Source: an uncultured bacterium
GTDB lineage: Bacteria; Fermentibacterota; Fermentibacteria; Fermentibacterales; JCC-6
Assembly (NCBI GenBank): GCA_964386635.1
Contig: CAYLRO010000006.1
Location: 11,170-75,169, forward strand
Length of the DNA stretch: 64,000 bases
Direction: 5' to 3'
This document shows, piece by piece, positions 44,390-53,243 of this stretch. The translations under genes were made by a program, and so were the position numbers. A model generated the notes under the pieces. It was not told where the DNA came from. It saw only the letters and a program-made list of their open reading frames with translations, and did no database searches. Each line of letters begins with the position of its first letter. Position 1 is the first letter of the stretch.

Positions 44390-46273
44390 TCACAGACCCT
44401 GCATGTGATGGAAGAGTGCTCCAACCTGTGCTCTTGCAGCGGTATAACTTGAATACTCAGTGTCATCCAGAGAGATGAATTTTGGTTTAATCGCTGAATC
44501 TTTCAATGCTCCGAAGATGTCGTATGAGGATTCCTTTGCGAAAGATACAAGTTTTCCGCCTGTACTTTGTGCAATGAATCTGCCCAGCCTTCTTCCAGGG
44601 GATGTTTCCGCAATTTTTGCATTCATCTGCATTGGATCTACAACCATCACAGGGATTCCCTGTCGGCCAAGGTTTGCCGCCTGCTTCCGAACTCTGTGAT
44701 AGATATCGCTGTTCCAGATGTCTCCCACAGGAACCGGCTCTGGAAAACAGTCGGATATGAGGATAATGAATTTCTGCTCTGCACAGGTCTTTCCAGATCT
44801 TCTTAATTCGGCGGCAGACAGTGAGAGCAGCTGATCCAGCGGTGATTCTCCGTCAGGTTCAAGTTCATTCAGCCTGCCGAACACACGAAGCCTGTTACGA
44901 ACCGGAGAAAAGTGAACCAGGGCTCGTCCACTCTTTATTACAGACAGACCCACTCTGGAGGTTCTGTCAAAAACCCTGTTGAACAGCCCGTCAAGCATCA
45001 GACCAAGGTCTCCCAGGTACTCCTGAGACGACCTGCTGCCATCCACTGCCAGCATGCACACAACACGGGGTTTGGAAGCTTTTCTCCATTTCCTCCAGTA
45101 TTCCGGATCCAGAGGTATCAGAGGAAGTCTCTTCCCGTCCATGGCAGAAGCTTTAACTGAAAGGACGGGGTTCATCTCTCTTATGTTGTGAGTTCTCTCC
45201 GGTTTCACAGGTCTTCCTGAAACGGGATCTGTCCTCATCCGTGTGGACCGGTTGGATCCTGATGTTCCGGAACCTCCCTTGAGAGAGGCAAACATTCTGA
45301 CTTCTTTGAAGAAAAGGCTCCGCATTCTCTCTGTCAGGGACCCGGGTTTGCCGGAGTGCTTTTTTCTGAGATAGAGCCCGTGAACAGTTTCCCCTGATTT
45401 AGAACTCAGTATCGATCTGTGCACCTGCTCCAGAATGCTGTCAGTAAGAGCCTGCATGTGATCTGAGACAATCTTCTTCTCGCCTTTCCGGGCCATTTCA
45501 CATGCGAACCCCACTGCTTTCAGTATCTCTGTTCTCTCCGGAACATTCCCTGAATTCCCTGATGACCGATGGCCCAGAACAAGAGGCGCTACTGCTTCAA
45601 GATGCTCTACTGCTGCAGTACCAGCTTCCATGGCAGCAGCAAAAGCAACAGCGCTTCTGCAAAGAGCTGTTTCTCCCCGGTGTCCGGTAATCTTTAAAGA
45701 GGAGCACGTAAAGGAACATGCCTTAAGAAACCATCCAGGAATCCGGATACTTCTGAATAGCCTTCCTGACTCCACAAAATTCCTCATTACACCAGTTCCG
45801 GGGGCTTTCCTGAAATGGGCATGAAGTACAGATAATCGTTTATCAGGATCACTGAGAGGTTCAAAACGGGCACAGAGGCCGAATCTGTCCAGAAGTCTGT
45901 CTCGGATCTCCTCGCTGCCTGATATGGTGGCCAGGACCGGTTTTCCTGAGGACATGATCAAATCCTGGATTTCGTCTGTAAAAAGATCAAAGTGCTCTGC
46001 AACAAGAAAGGAATCGGCATCTCCATGAAGAAGCCCCTCTGTCGCACACATGGTTCCTTCACCGAGCAACCTGCCAAGGTCAACTGATCCTGTGAGTGCT
46101 GCCCCGTCTGCACCAAGAGGAATCTTCACTGTATTCAATATCTTTGAAGCTTCCTTCAGAAGCTCAGATTTCCCTGTACCGGAAGGTCCTCTGAGAAGAA
46201 CTGAGCCTATATCCGGATTGGAAGCAGCGAGAGAAACCGCCAGGAATGCGTCAGTCTGGTGTAAAGGTATCAA
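44390..46273 (-). CDS. ChlD/BchD-like protein: N-terminal degenerate AAA+ domain, low-complexity linker, C-terminal von Willebrand factor A domain
   Basis: 627 aa. N-terminus LLRGPSGTGKSELL (Walker A). Ser/Gly/Arg-rich linker. C-terminal vWA domain with MIDAS-like DGSRS and …FIILISDCF…. Confidence 0.8.
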   Translation of the reverse strand: MIPLHQTDAFLAVSLAASNPDIGSVLLRGPSGTGKSELLKEASKILNTVKIPLGADGAALTGSVDLGRLLGEGTMCATEGLLHGDADSFLVAEHFDLFTDEIQDLIMSSGKPVLATISGSEEIRDRLLDRFGLCARFEPLSDPDKRLSVLHAHFRKAPGTGVMRNFVESGRLFRSIRIPGWFLKACSFTCSSLKITGHRGETALCRSAVAFAAAMEAGTAAVEHLEAVAPLVLGHRSSGNSGNVPERTEILKAVGFACEMARKGEKKIVSDHMQALTDSILEQVHRSILSSKSGETVHGLYLRKKHSGKPGSLTERMRSLFFKEVRMFASLKGGSGTSGSNRSTRMRTDPVSGRPVKPERTHNIREMNPVLSVKASAMDGKRLPLIPLDPEYWRKWRKASKPRVVCMLAVDGSRSSQEYLGDLGLMLDGLFNRVFDRTSRVGLSVIKSGRALVHFSPVRNRLRVFGRLNELEPDGESPLDQLLSLSAAELRRSGKTCAEQKFIILISDCFPEPVPVGDIWNSDIYHRVRKQAANLGRQGIPVMVVDPMQMNAKIAETSPGRRLGRFIAQSTGGKLVSFAKESSYDIFGALKDSAIKPKFISLDDTEYSSYTAARAQVGALFHHMQGL

Positions 46274-47358
46274 TCCGGAAGCCCCAGCGCCTGTTTGAAT
46301 GACCAGGGGGTTCCTGCGCTGCTGCCCTTTCCATAAACAGAGTATCCCTTCTTCAATGCACCCATAATCTCTCCTTCTTCAGGAGCATTTCTGAATCCCC
46401 CCTGCCTGGTCCTGTGGCCCACGGCAAGGAGAGCCACTTTCTGGAGACATTTCAGGTCAACAGCGCTTCTGCCGGTGTATGCCGCAAAAGCCCTGGCAGC
46501 TTTCAGGGTTACAATGTCTGCTCTCTGGCCGTCCAATCCCAGTTCTGCCATTGCAGAAGCAACTGTGCCCAGCATTCCCAGTGGAAGGTCCGTGGAAGGC
46601 AGCTTCTGCCTGGCTTTCAGAATCCTCTCCTCAATCTGTAAGTCAATCTGATTGAAAGCACTGTGAAACGCCTCAGGATTCTCACTGAATGCCAGAACCC
46701 TGTTGATGATATCAATCCTTTCCTGAGAGTCTTCTATGGTTCTGATGGGAACACTGAGAGCAAATCGGTCAAGTATCTGCGGCCTCAGTCTGCCCTCCTC
46801 AGGATTCATTGTTCCCAGAAGAATGAACTCTGCAGGATGGCTTACGGAAACATTGTCTTTCTCCACAGAGTTGATTCCTGATGCAGCACAATCAAGAATG
46901 TTGTCTGCAATGTGATCCGGAAGGAGATTCACCTCATCAATGTAAAGTACCTGATTGTTTGCCTTTGCCAGCAGTCCCGGTTCAAAATCCACTCTGCCCT
47001 CTCTGAGGAGAATATCCAATTTCAGAGCTCCCAGAAGCCTTGCCTCATCCACACCCAGCGGTACATTAACCAATCCCGGCTTCACCGGGGCTGTTTCACC
47101 CATGCTTACAGAGCAGGCGGGACAGAAAGTCCGGTTTTCCGGTGAACAGTTGTAACCGCAGGCAGCTGCATTCACCGAAGGCAGTATCTCGGGAAATGCC
47201 CTTACAAGGGTTGATTTCCCTGTTCCCTTCTGACCGGTGAGAAGAACACCTCCCATTCCAGTATCCACCGCAGCAAGGATTAACGCGAGCTTTGCTTCAT
47301 CCTGACCCACAACAGCCGAGAAAGGAAATACATGCTTCATATCTTCACCTCTTCCCAT
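46270..47358 (-). CDS. ChlI/BchI-family AAA+ ATPase (Mg-chelatase subunit I-like) with a four-Cys insertion
   Basis: 362 aa. FPFSAVVGQDEAKLALILAAVDTGMGGVLLTGQKGTGKST matches the ChlI N-terminus closely. A CGYNC…CPAC insertion follows Walker A. Overlaps the ChlD-like gene by 4 nt. Confidence 0.85.
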   Translation of the reverse strand: MGRGEDMKHVFPFSAVVGQDEAKLALILAAVDTGMGGVLLTGQKGTGKSTLVRAFPEILPSVNAAACGYNCSPENRTFCPACSVSMGETAPVKPGLVNVPLGVDEARLLGALKLDILLREGRVDFEPGLLAKANNQVLYIDEVNLLPDHIADNILDCAASGINSVEKDNVSVSHPAEFILLGTMNPEEGRLRPQILDRFALSVPIRTIEDSQERIDIINRVLAFSENPEAFHSAFNQIDLQIEERILKARQKLPSTDLPLGMLGTVASAMAELGLDGQRADIVTLKAARAFAAYTGRSAVDLKCLQKVALLAVGHRTRQGGFRNAPEEGEIMGALKKGYSVYGKGSSAGTPWSFKQALGLPD

Positions 47359-47828
47359 TCCCTTCGGAGAATCCCGAATTTAATCAAATCCCTGTAACTC
47401 CCGTCCAGCCACTTTCTCTCTCTTATCCTGCATTCCCTCTTGAAACCGCAATTGTCAAACACGCTGGCAAGCAACTGGTCATTTTCGAAAACCTCGGCGC
47501 CGATCCGCCGGGCGGGGAAGAATCTGAAATAGTGTTTTAACAGCATCTTTACTGTTTCGCAGAGGTTCTTAAATGTCCTGTATTTTTCACTCCTGATATC
47601 CAGTTCAAGGAAATATCTGTCTGTATACTGACCCGAAGCTTCTAAAACCGCGAAACCCCACCAGTTGCCATCAATTTCAATGGCAAAGTGATCCAGGTAA
47701 TCGTGTTTCTTCATTGCCGCATCAAGAAAATCCTCTGCTTTATCCAGGGATTCTGGAGAAAGCATATGAATCCTTTCCAGATCCTCTTCTCTGAACGGTC
47801 TGAGAAATACTGTATCGCCCTTAAGCAT
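47337..47828 (-). CDS. GNAT-family N-acetyltransferase
   Basis: 163 aa. Paralogous to the upstream GNAT (MLKGDTVFLRPFREEDLERI vs MMQGDRVFIRPLERSDIPSL). Overlaps the ChlI-like gene by 22 nt. Confidence 0.65.
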   Translation of the reverse strand: MLKGDTVFLRPFREEDLERIHMLSPESLDKAEDFLDAAMKKHDYLDHFAIEIDGNWWGFAVLEASGQYTDRYFLELDIRSEKYRTFKNLCETVKMLLKHYFRFFPARRIGAEVFENDQLLASVFDNCGFKRECRIRERKWLDGSYRDLIKFGILRREWEEVKI

Positions 47829-48354
47829 TTCTTACCTCCCATTCCTTCCTGAGAATGGACATCCATACGGTATCGGCATACTCACCGTCTATCCAGTTAG
47901 TCTCTCTTGCTCTGCCTTCATGAATGAAACCGCTTTTTTCAAAGCACCTGATTGCTCGGGGATTTTTTGAATTTGTCATAAGCTGCAGCCTTCTTGCACC
48001 CAGATTGTTGAATGCATGACGAACCATCACAGCAGTGGTCTCAGTGCCATAACCCTTTCCCCAGCATTCTCTTAACCCAATAATGATTCCGTAGGTGAAA
48101 ACATCGGAAGAATCCCTGGACTTGACGAGAGATGTGGAACCGGAGAAACCTGATTCCGTAACAATGGCAAAGTAGTTTCGTCTTTCATCTGCAGCTATCC
48201 TCTTCTCGTAATGCTCTTCCATGACCCTGATAGACAAAGGTCTGGGAAGCCCTGCCTGCAGAATACTCATTTCGATTCTCTGATTGAACTGGAAAAGAGA
48301 TGGGATATCACTTCTTTCAAGTGGACGAATAAACACTCGATCTCCTTGCATCAT
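47821..48354 (-). CDS. GNAT-family N-acetyltransferase (RimJ/RimL-like)
   Basis: 177 aa. Acetyl-CoA binding region …RECWGKGYGTETTAVMVRHAF…. Overlaps the second GNAT by 8 nt. Confidence 0.75.
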   Translation of the reverse strand: MMQGDRVFIRPLERSDIPSLFQFNQRIEMSILQAGLPRPLSIRVMEEHYEKRIAADERRNYFAIVTESGFSGSTSLVKSRDSSDVFTYGIIIGLRECWGKGYGTETTAVMVRHAFNNLGARRLQLMTNSKNPRAIRCFEKSGFIHEGRARETNWIDGEYADTVWMSILRKEWEVRNA

Positions 48355-48543
48355 ACAACCATCCTCCAGCTAGGGAATGACAATGAAAGTATCTATTCTC
48401 ACTTTTCTACTTAGTATATATCATTTTGTTTGGTAAATCGGCAAATTGTTAATCCGATTGACTGAGAATGGCTTAATGGTTAGCATTTAGATCAGGCGGC
48501 CATGAGTAAGGCCGTTTGATGCAGTTTATTCATGGAGGGTGTC

Positions 48544-49233
48544 ATGAGGAAGTACGGAGCTGAGTTTTTCGGAACATTCTGGCTTGTGCTGGGTGGTTGC
48601 GGCAGTGCTGTAATTGCAGCTGCATTTCCAGGTGTGGGAATCGGTCTTCTCGGGGTTGCACTTGCTTTCGGCCTTACCGTCCTCACCATGGCATTTGCCA
48701 TTGGCCACATCTCAGGCTGTCATCTTAATCCGGCAGTTTCCTTTGGACTCTGGGCAGGGGGGCGTTTCCCCGGCAAAGAACTCCTTCCTTACATCATTGC
48801 TCAGGTTCTCGGCGGAATTGCAGCCGGTGGAATTCTCCTTGTCATTGCAAGCGGACAGGCCGGTTTCGATGTACATGCGGGATTTGCTTCAAACGGATTC
48901 GGAGAACACTCTCCTGGTGGATACTCCATGGTGGCAGCTCTGGTAACTGAAGTTGTCATGACAATGATGTTCCTGCTGGTGATAATGGGAGCTACAGATA
49001 AAAAAGCACCAAAGGGATTTGCACCAATAGCAATAGGTCTCTGTCTTACCCTTATCCACTTGATCAGTATTCCTGTCACCAACACTTCCGTGAACCCTGC
49101 AAGAAGCACAGGCGTTGCTCTCTTTGCCGGTGGATGGGCAATTGAACAGCTCTGGCTCTTCTGGGTGGCCCCGATCGTCGGCGGTATCCTGGGTGCATGT
49201 GTCTACAGATTTCTGGGCAAAAGCAAGGACTGA
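48544..49233 (+). CDS. aqpZ: Aquaporin Z (MIP family)
   Basis: Two NPA motifs (NPAVSFG, NPARSTG). N-terminus [22 protein letters not shown] typical of AqpZ. Start taken at the second ATG (48544), preceded by GGAGGGTG. Confidence 0.88.
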   Translation: MRKYGAEFFGTFWLVLGGCGSAVIAAAFPGVGIGLLGVALAFGLTVLTMAFAIGHISGCHLNPAVSFGLWAGGRFPGKELLPYIIAQVLGGIAAGGILLVIASGQAGFDVHAGFASNGFGEHSPGGYSMVAALVTEVVMTMMFLLVIMGATDKKAPKGFAPIAIGLCLTLIHLISIPVTNTSVNPARSTGVALFAGGWAIEQLWLFWVAPIVGGILGACVYRFLGKSKD

Positions 49234-49384
49234 CCGTAACGCCGTGCAGCAGGTTATTGCCCGGATTGCGAACCCCTTTAGATCATTATCTTACCACTGG
49301 TGACAGGCCGCCCAGCTGAGCAATTATTGTTTAATCTTGACAATACAAATGGTATGACTAATGGTATTACCGGAGGTGATTTGC

Positions 49385-49627
49385 ATGAGTACCGCAAAAA
49401 TAGCTATCAGTATGAATGAGAAGCTGCTTCATCAACTTGATGATCTTGTAGCAAAAGCAGAGTTTCCCAGTAGAAGCAGAGCCATACAGAATGCAGTTAG
49501 TGAAATGCTTAAGAAAAGGAACAGTAACCGTCTTGCTCGGGAATGTGCGAGGCTGAATCCTGAAGAGGAGACAGCTATAGCTGAAGAAGGCATGAATAGT
49601 GAGCTTGGATCATGGCCGGAATACTGA
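49385..49627 (+). CDS. Ribbon-helix-helix (CopG/MazE-like) antitoxin
   Basis: About 80 aa from MSTAKIAISMNEKLLHQLDDLV… (RHH beta-strand-helix pattern). RBS GGAGGTG upstream. Overlaps the start of the mazF-like gene. Confidence 0.65.
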   Translation: MSTAKIAISMNEKLLHQLDDLVAKAEFPSRSRAIQNAVSEMLKKRNSNRLARECARLNPEEETAIAEEGMNSELGSWPEY

Positions 49628-49950
49628 GAGGTGATATTCTATGGGCTGATCTGAATCCTACAATCGGGCAAGAACAATCAGGTAAAAGACCAGTACTGAT
49701 TCTCAGCAATGATGTATTCAATGACCGCTCTGGAACAGTGATCGCTGTTGCCCTTACCAGCGTAGAACCCAGGGCCGGATTTCCTCTGACATATGAGTTA
49801 TCAGATGCATCACTCCCGAAAAAGTCATGGATCAAGATCAGCCAGATCAGGACTCTGTCGGTCCGGCGTATTGGTAAGAAAATCACAAGGATATCTCCCG
49901 AGGAACTTACTTCAATTCTCGTGGGTCTGAATGAGATTATCGGCGACTAG
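49612..49950 (+). CDS. mazF: MazF/PemK-family endoribonuclease toxin
   Basis: 112 aa. …GDILWADLNPTIGQEQSGKRPVLILSND…VIAVALTS… matches MazF/PemK conserved blocks. Confidence 0.8.
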   Translation: MAGILRGDILWADLNPTIGQEQSGKRPVLILSNDVFNDRSGTVIAVALTSVEPRAGFPLTYELSDASLPKKSWIKISQIRTLSVRRIGKKITRISPEELTSILVGLNEIIGD

Positions 49951-50111
49951 CAATTCCCGTTCTGACTTTTTTTGGATTAACAGAGGTTCCGCGTCAGCAA
50001 TTCCAGAGCAACTGTCCGAATTGTCTTTTGTATTTAAAAAAACCGAAGCAAATCATGAACTGAACAACTTATTACCCTGAGTGCCGGGATAACTGCGGAG
50101 GTGTTCTGAAA

Positions 50112-51482
50112 ATGTTGAAAACTGTTTTTTCCCTGGCTGTTCCTGCACTGCTGACAATACCACTCTCATCTGCAGTGGCGCAGAGCAGCGAAGAAGAGTT
50201 GACCATTTTCGTCACTAATTTTTATGACAGAGATGGTCTTGAACTACCTGTAAGAGATATTGTGGTCTACTGGCTTGGTGAAATCTTCAGTGATCGAGAG
50301 TACATCAACATAGTACCTCTCAGGCAGGATTTTGATATCAGCGATGAAAAACTTATGGAAGCTGCCGAAACGGCGGGAGAACTGGGTGGCGACATCGTTG
50401 TGGCAGGTGCGTTCATTGAGAATGATAATGAAGTAGCACTTCTACTGGTATCAGTAGTCTGCAGTGATTGTCCCCTGCAGTACAACATGCTTGAGGGTAT
50501 CTTTGAAAATGAATACAACTTTGACCCGTCAACCCTCACTGGGGATTCATCTCCACCGGATAAATTCACCCTGTTCGCACGGCTTTTCACAGCCCACTGG
50601 TTCTGGGGAATGAACAGATTGGAAGAATCTGCTGAAATTCTTGATGCTGCTCTGCAGAACACCGAAAATGCCATTCCCAGCCATGTTTTTCTTGCAAGCT
50701 ACCTGGCAGGTATCGAGTACACTGATCTTGAAAGACCGGCAGATGCTGTTGAGGCATTTACCAGGGCTCTTGCACTTCGCCCGGCTGATCTTGAAACCCT
50801 GAGCCTGAGAGCCTCTGCTTTTGATGCTCTCCACATGTACGATCAGGCAATCAGGGACCTGAAAACCGCTCTGGAAATCGATCCTGACAATCCCCGGTAC
50901 AGAGCCCAGCTGGGAGCACAGCTGAAACAGGCAGGAAGGTATGAGGAGGCACTGGAATACCTGAACCCCGCCATTGAGAGTGAACCCTCCAACGCAATGT
51001 CCTGGAGGGACAGGTCCAGAACTTTTTACGAATTGGGTGACCTGGAATCAGCTCTCTCTGACATAAACAGAGCAATGGAACTTGATCCCACCAGTACTCA
51101 GGGTGTTGCAATGAGAGGAATAATCCTCTGGGAGATGGGCAACGCTGAGGAAGCGCTTGCGGATTTCAATATGGCCATCAGACTGGAACAGGACCCTCTT
51201 GTGCGAGTCTGGTCCGTCATGGGAAGAGCAAACTGCCTTATAGAACAAGGCGACTATTCAGAAGCAATAACTGATCTTGAAAGTGTGCTTGCTTTCGATT
51301 CCACTTTCTACTCAGCCCACTTCCTTCTGGGGAAATGCAAATTGGAACTGGGTGATACAGCTGCCGCCAGGATCAGCCTTGAAAAATACCTTGAGTGCCC
51401 GGTGGGATTCTGCTCTCTGGATCCCTGGACAAAAGAAGAGATGACGACGGAAGCGGAATCCATGCTTGAGTCCATGGACTGA
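50112..51482 (+). CDS. Secreted TPR-repeat protein
   Basis: 456 aa. Signal peptide MLKTVFSLAVPALLTIPLSSAVA. At least six TPR-like repeats in the C-terminal two thirds. Confidence 0.65.
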   Translation: MLKTVFSLAVPALLTIPLSSAVAQSSEEELTIFVTNFYDRDGLELPVRDIVVYWLGEIFSDREYINIVPLRQDFDISDEKLMEAAETAGELGGDIVVAGAFIENDNEVALLLVSVVCSDCPLQYNMLEGIFENEYNFDPSTLTGDSSPPDKFTLFARLFTAHWFWGMNRLEESAEILDAALQNTENAIPSHVFLASYLAGIEYTDLERPADAVEAFTRALALRPADLETLSLRASAFDALHMYDQAIRDLKTALEIDPDNPRYRAQLGAQLKQAGRYEEALEYLNPAIESEPSNAMSWRDRSRTFYELGDLESALSDINRAMELDPTSTQGVAMRGIILWEMGNAEEALADFNMAIRLEQDPLVRVWSVMGRANCLIEQGDYSEAITDLESVLAFDSTFYSAHFLLGKCKLELGDTAAARISLEKYLECPVGFCSLDPWTKEEMTTEAESMLESMD

Positions 51483-51484
51483 TC

Positions 51485-52363
51485 TCAGTCAAGAAGGATT
51501 AATGATCTGACCATTACTGACCGGCCTGAAGTAATACGGAGAAGGTAACTGCCCTGAGAAAGTTCTGAAACCGGCAAGCTCAGAACATTATCTCCACCGG
51601 GAAGAACCCCGAAGCTCTCCTGCAGGATCAGCCTGCCCTGAACAGAAAATAGTTGCACATCTGTTTCAGCAGGGGTAGTGAGTGTAATACTCATGCTGAT
51701 ACAGTCTGTAACAGGATTGCTTTCAAGTGTGAAAAGAGCTTCCTCATACTGCTGGACACCAGCCTGGGGAATGCCCAGATACAGGTAGATCAACCCGGCG
51801 TAGTCAGCTGCGAGAACATCCGGCGTACCGTCATGGTTCCAGTCACAGATTGATGGTCTTACATATGAATACATGTGCAGGTCTTCACCGTCTGATCTCA
51901 GGTATTCCACGTCATTGAAGAGAGGCTGCAGCGGTGTCCCGCTGTTGACAAAGCAGGAAATGTATCCGCTGGATGAGCCGACGATCATGTCAGTCAGGCC
52001 ATCATTGTTCATGTCTGCGAAGTCAGGATAAGCTGTGGTTATCTCAATGGGCTCTCCACCATAAAACACAGTGTCTGCAAAAAGAAATTCGGGAGCAAAT
52101 GGAGCCCCCTGGTTAACAAAAAGGAATATTCCTGCGGGAACAGGACTGAGACAGCCTGCAACAAGATCCGGCAGGCCGTTCCCGTTCCAGTCTACAACAC
52201 TGGGAGCGGAGTTGTAGCCCACATCAATACGGGCACCTCCAGCTGTTACCAGAAGCTGTTCCTCCATATAGATATTTCCGTAATCAAGTTTCTTGAAAAA
52301 ATGTACGTTCCCCGGCCGGTCACCTACTATCAGGTCAAGCAGTCCGTCTCCGTCCCAGTCCAC
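51485..52363 (-). CDS. FG-GAP/VCBS-repeat protein, C-terminal portion with T9SS-type sorting domain (in-frame continuation of 52391-52741)
   Basis: 292 aa. Repeats DWDGDGLLDLIVG, DWNGNGLPDLVAG, DMNNDGLTDMIVG, DWNHDGTPDVLAA. C-terminal CTD-like …SQGSYLLRITSGRSVMVRSLILLD. The annotated start is a GTG, which is simply the first start after an in-frame TGA. Confidence 0.65.
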   Translation of the reverse strand: MDWDGDGLLDLIVGDRPGNVHFFKKLDYGNIYMEEQLLVTAGGARIDVGYNSAPSVVDWNGNGLPDLVAGCLSPVPAGIFLFVNQGAPFAPEFLFADTVFYGGEPIEITTAYPDFADMNNDGLTDMIVGSSSGYISCFVNSGTPLQPLFNDVEYLRSDGEDLHMYSYVRPSICDWNHDGTPDVLAADYAGLIYLYLGIPQAGVQQYEEALFTLESNPVTDCISMSITLTTPAETDVQLFSVQGRLILQESFGVLPGGDNVLSLPVSELSQGSYLLRITSGRSVMVRSLILLD

Positions 52364-52390
52364 AGCCTGTGGATCAGTTGCCCCTGTGCA

Positions 52391-52741
52391 TCAACCACTG
52401 GGGACTGAAAGAATGCTCCCGCCGTCACGGAGGTACTGATACCCGGAGAAAACAGGTGATGAATTGGTACCTTCATTCTGATAGTACCTGATGCGGCCTT
52501 CCTCGAATTGACCTGTGATCAGGTCCTGCAGGCCGTCTCCGTTCCAGTCAACCATAAGAGGAGCGGCATAGCTGCCCACATCTATAACCTCACCTCCGGA
52601 CATGAGTCTGCCCTGAGCTGTGAATTCCACCACCTGAGCACTCAGACAGCCAGCCGCTGCAAAAACAATGATCAGCTTAAGCATACTGCCTCCCTTTTGA
52701 TGAACATAACTCAATGGCAGATAATACAAAACGGGCGGCAT
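52391..52741 (-). CDS. FG-GAP repeat protein, N-terminal portion with signal peptide (terminates at an in-frame TGA at 52391-52393)
   Basis: 116 aa. Signal peptide MLKLIIVFAAAGCLSAQ. Repeat MVDWNGDGLQDLITGQ. Same reading frame as 51485-52363, separated only by the TGA and 9 sense codons. Confidence 0.6.
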   Translation of the reverse strand: MPPVLYYLPLSYVHQKGGSMLKLIIVFAAAGCLSAQVVEFTAQGRLMSGGEVIDVGSYAAPLMVDWNGDGLQDLITGQFEEGRIRYYQNEGTNSSPVFSGYQYLRDGGSILSVPSG

Positions 52742-52774
52742 TGCTGCCGCCCGAGAAATATCTGAAGACAGGAA

Positions 52775-53128
52775 CTACTGGATGATGTCGCCAGCATCCT
52801 CGATAAGCTCTGTACCCTCTTCAATGAGCTCTTCGCCCTCTTCAACCATGTCGCCGGCCTCTTCGAGCATCTCTTCGCCCTCTTCGAGCATCTCTTCGCC
52901 CTCTTCGAGCATCTCTTCGCCCTCGACTACTTCTTCACCCTCGACTACTTCTTCGCCCTCAACGGCTTCAATTGCCTCATCGATGGGAGCTGCAACAACT
53001 TCTTCATCAACAACTTCTTCATCAACGACTTCTTCATCCACAGGAGCTGCTTCTTCTGCAGGCTCGCCGCAGGCCATACCGAAAAGTGCCATACCGAGTA
53101 CCAGTAATGCGATTGAGAATATTCTCAT
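52775..53128 (-). CDS. Highly acidic, repetitive low-complexity lipoprotein
   Basis: Likely start MRIFSIALLVLGMALFGMACGE (lipobox), preceded by GGAGGG. The mature part is about 45% Glu/Asp with tandem peptide repeats (DEEVV x3, EGEEVV x2, EGEEMLE x3), mirrored by DNA repeats around 52861-52930. Confidence 0.6.
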   Translation of the reverse strand: MRIFSIALLVLGMALFGMACGEPAEEAAPVDEEVVDEEVVDEEVVAAPIDEAIEAVEGEEVVEGEEVVEGEEMLEEGEEMLEEGEEMLEEAGDMVEEGEELIEEGTELIEDAGDIIQ

Positions 53129-53243
53129 TTGTAATCCCTCCGGATTTTCTCGTGTTACATAACAGAGCTGTTTTTGATCCACCCCTGAATCAGGGACCTA
53201 CCGGCCCAAATCTCCGCAATTATCTCAAAGGATTCCTCCGCAG

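Noticed and set aside
48355-48543. AT-rich divergent region between the GNAT operon and aqpZ, with TTGACT and weak hairpin GGCGGCC…GGCCGTT
   Set aside because: It likely holds promoters for both operons, but the -10/-35 pairs are ambiguous and the hairpin is weak. Not annotated.
49951-50111. Possible terminator after mazF (T-run CTGACTTTTTTTGG)
   Set aside because: A T-tract is present but I could not find a stable upstream stem, so it is not called.
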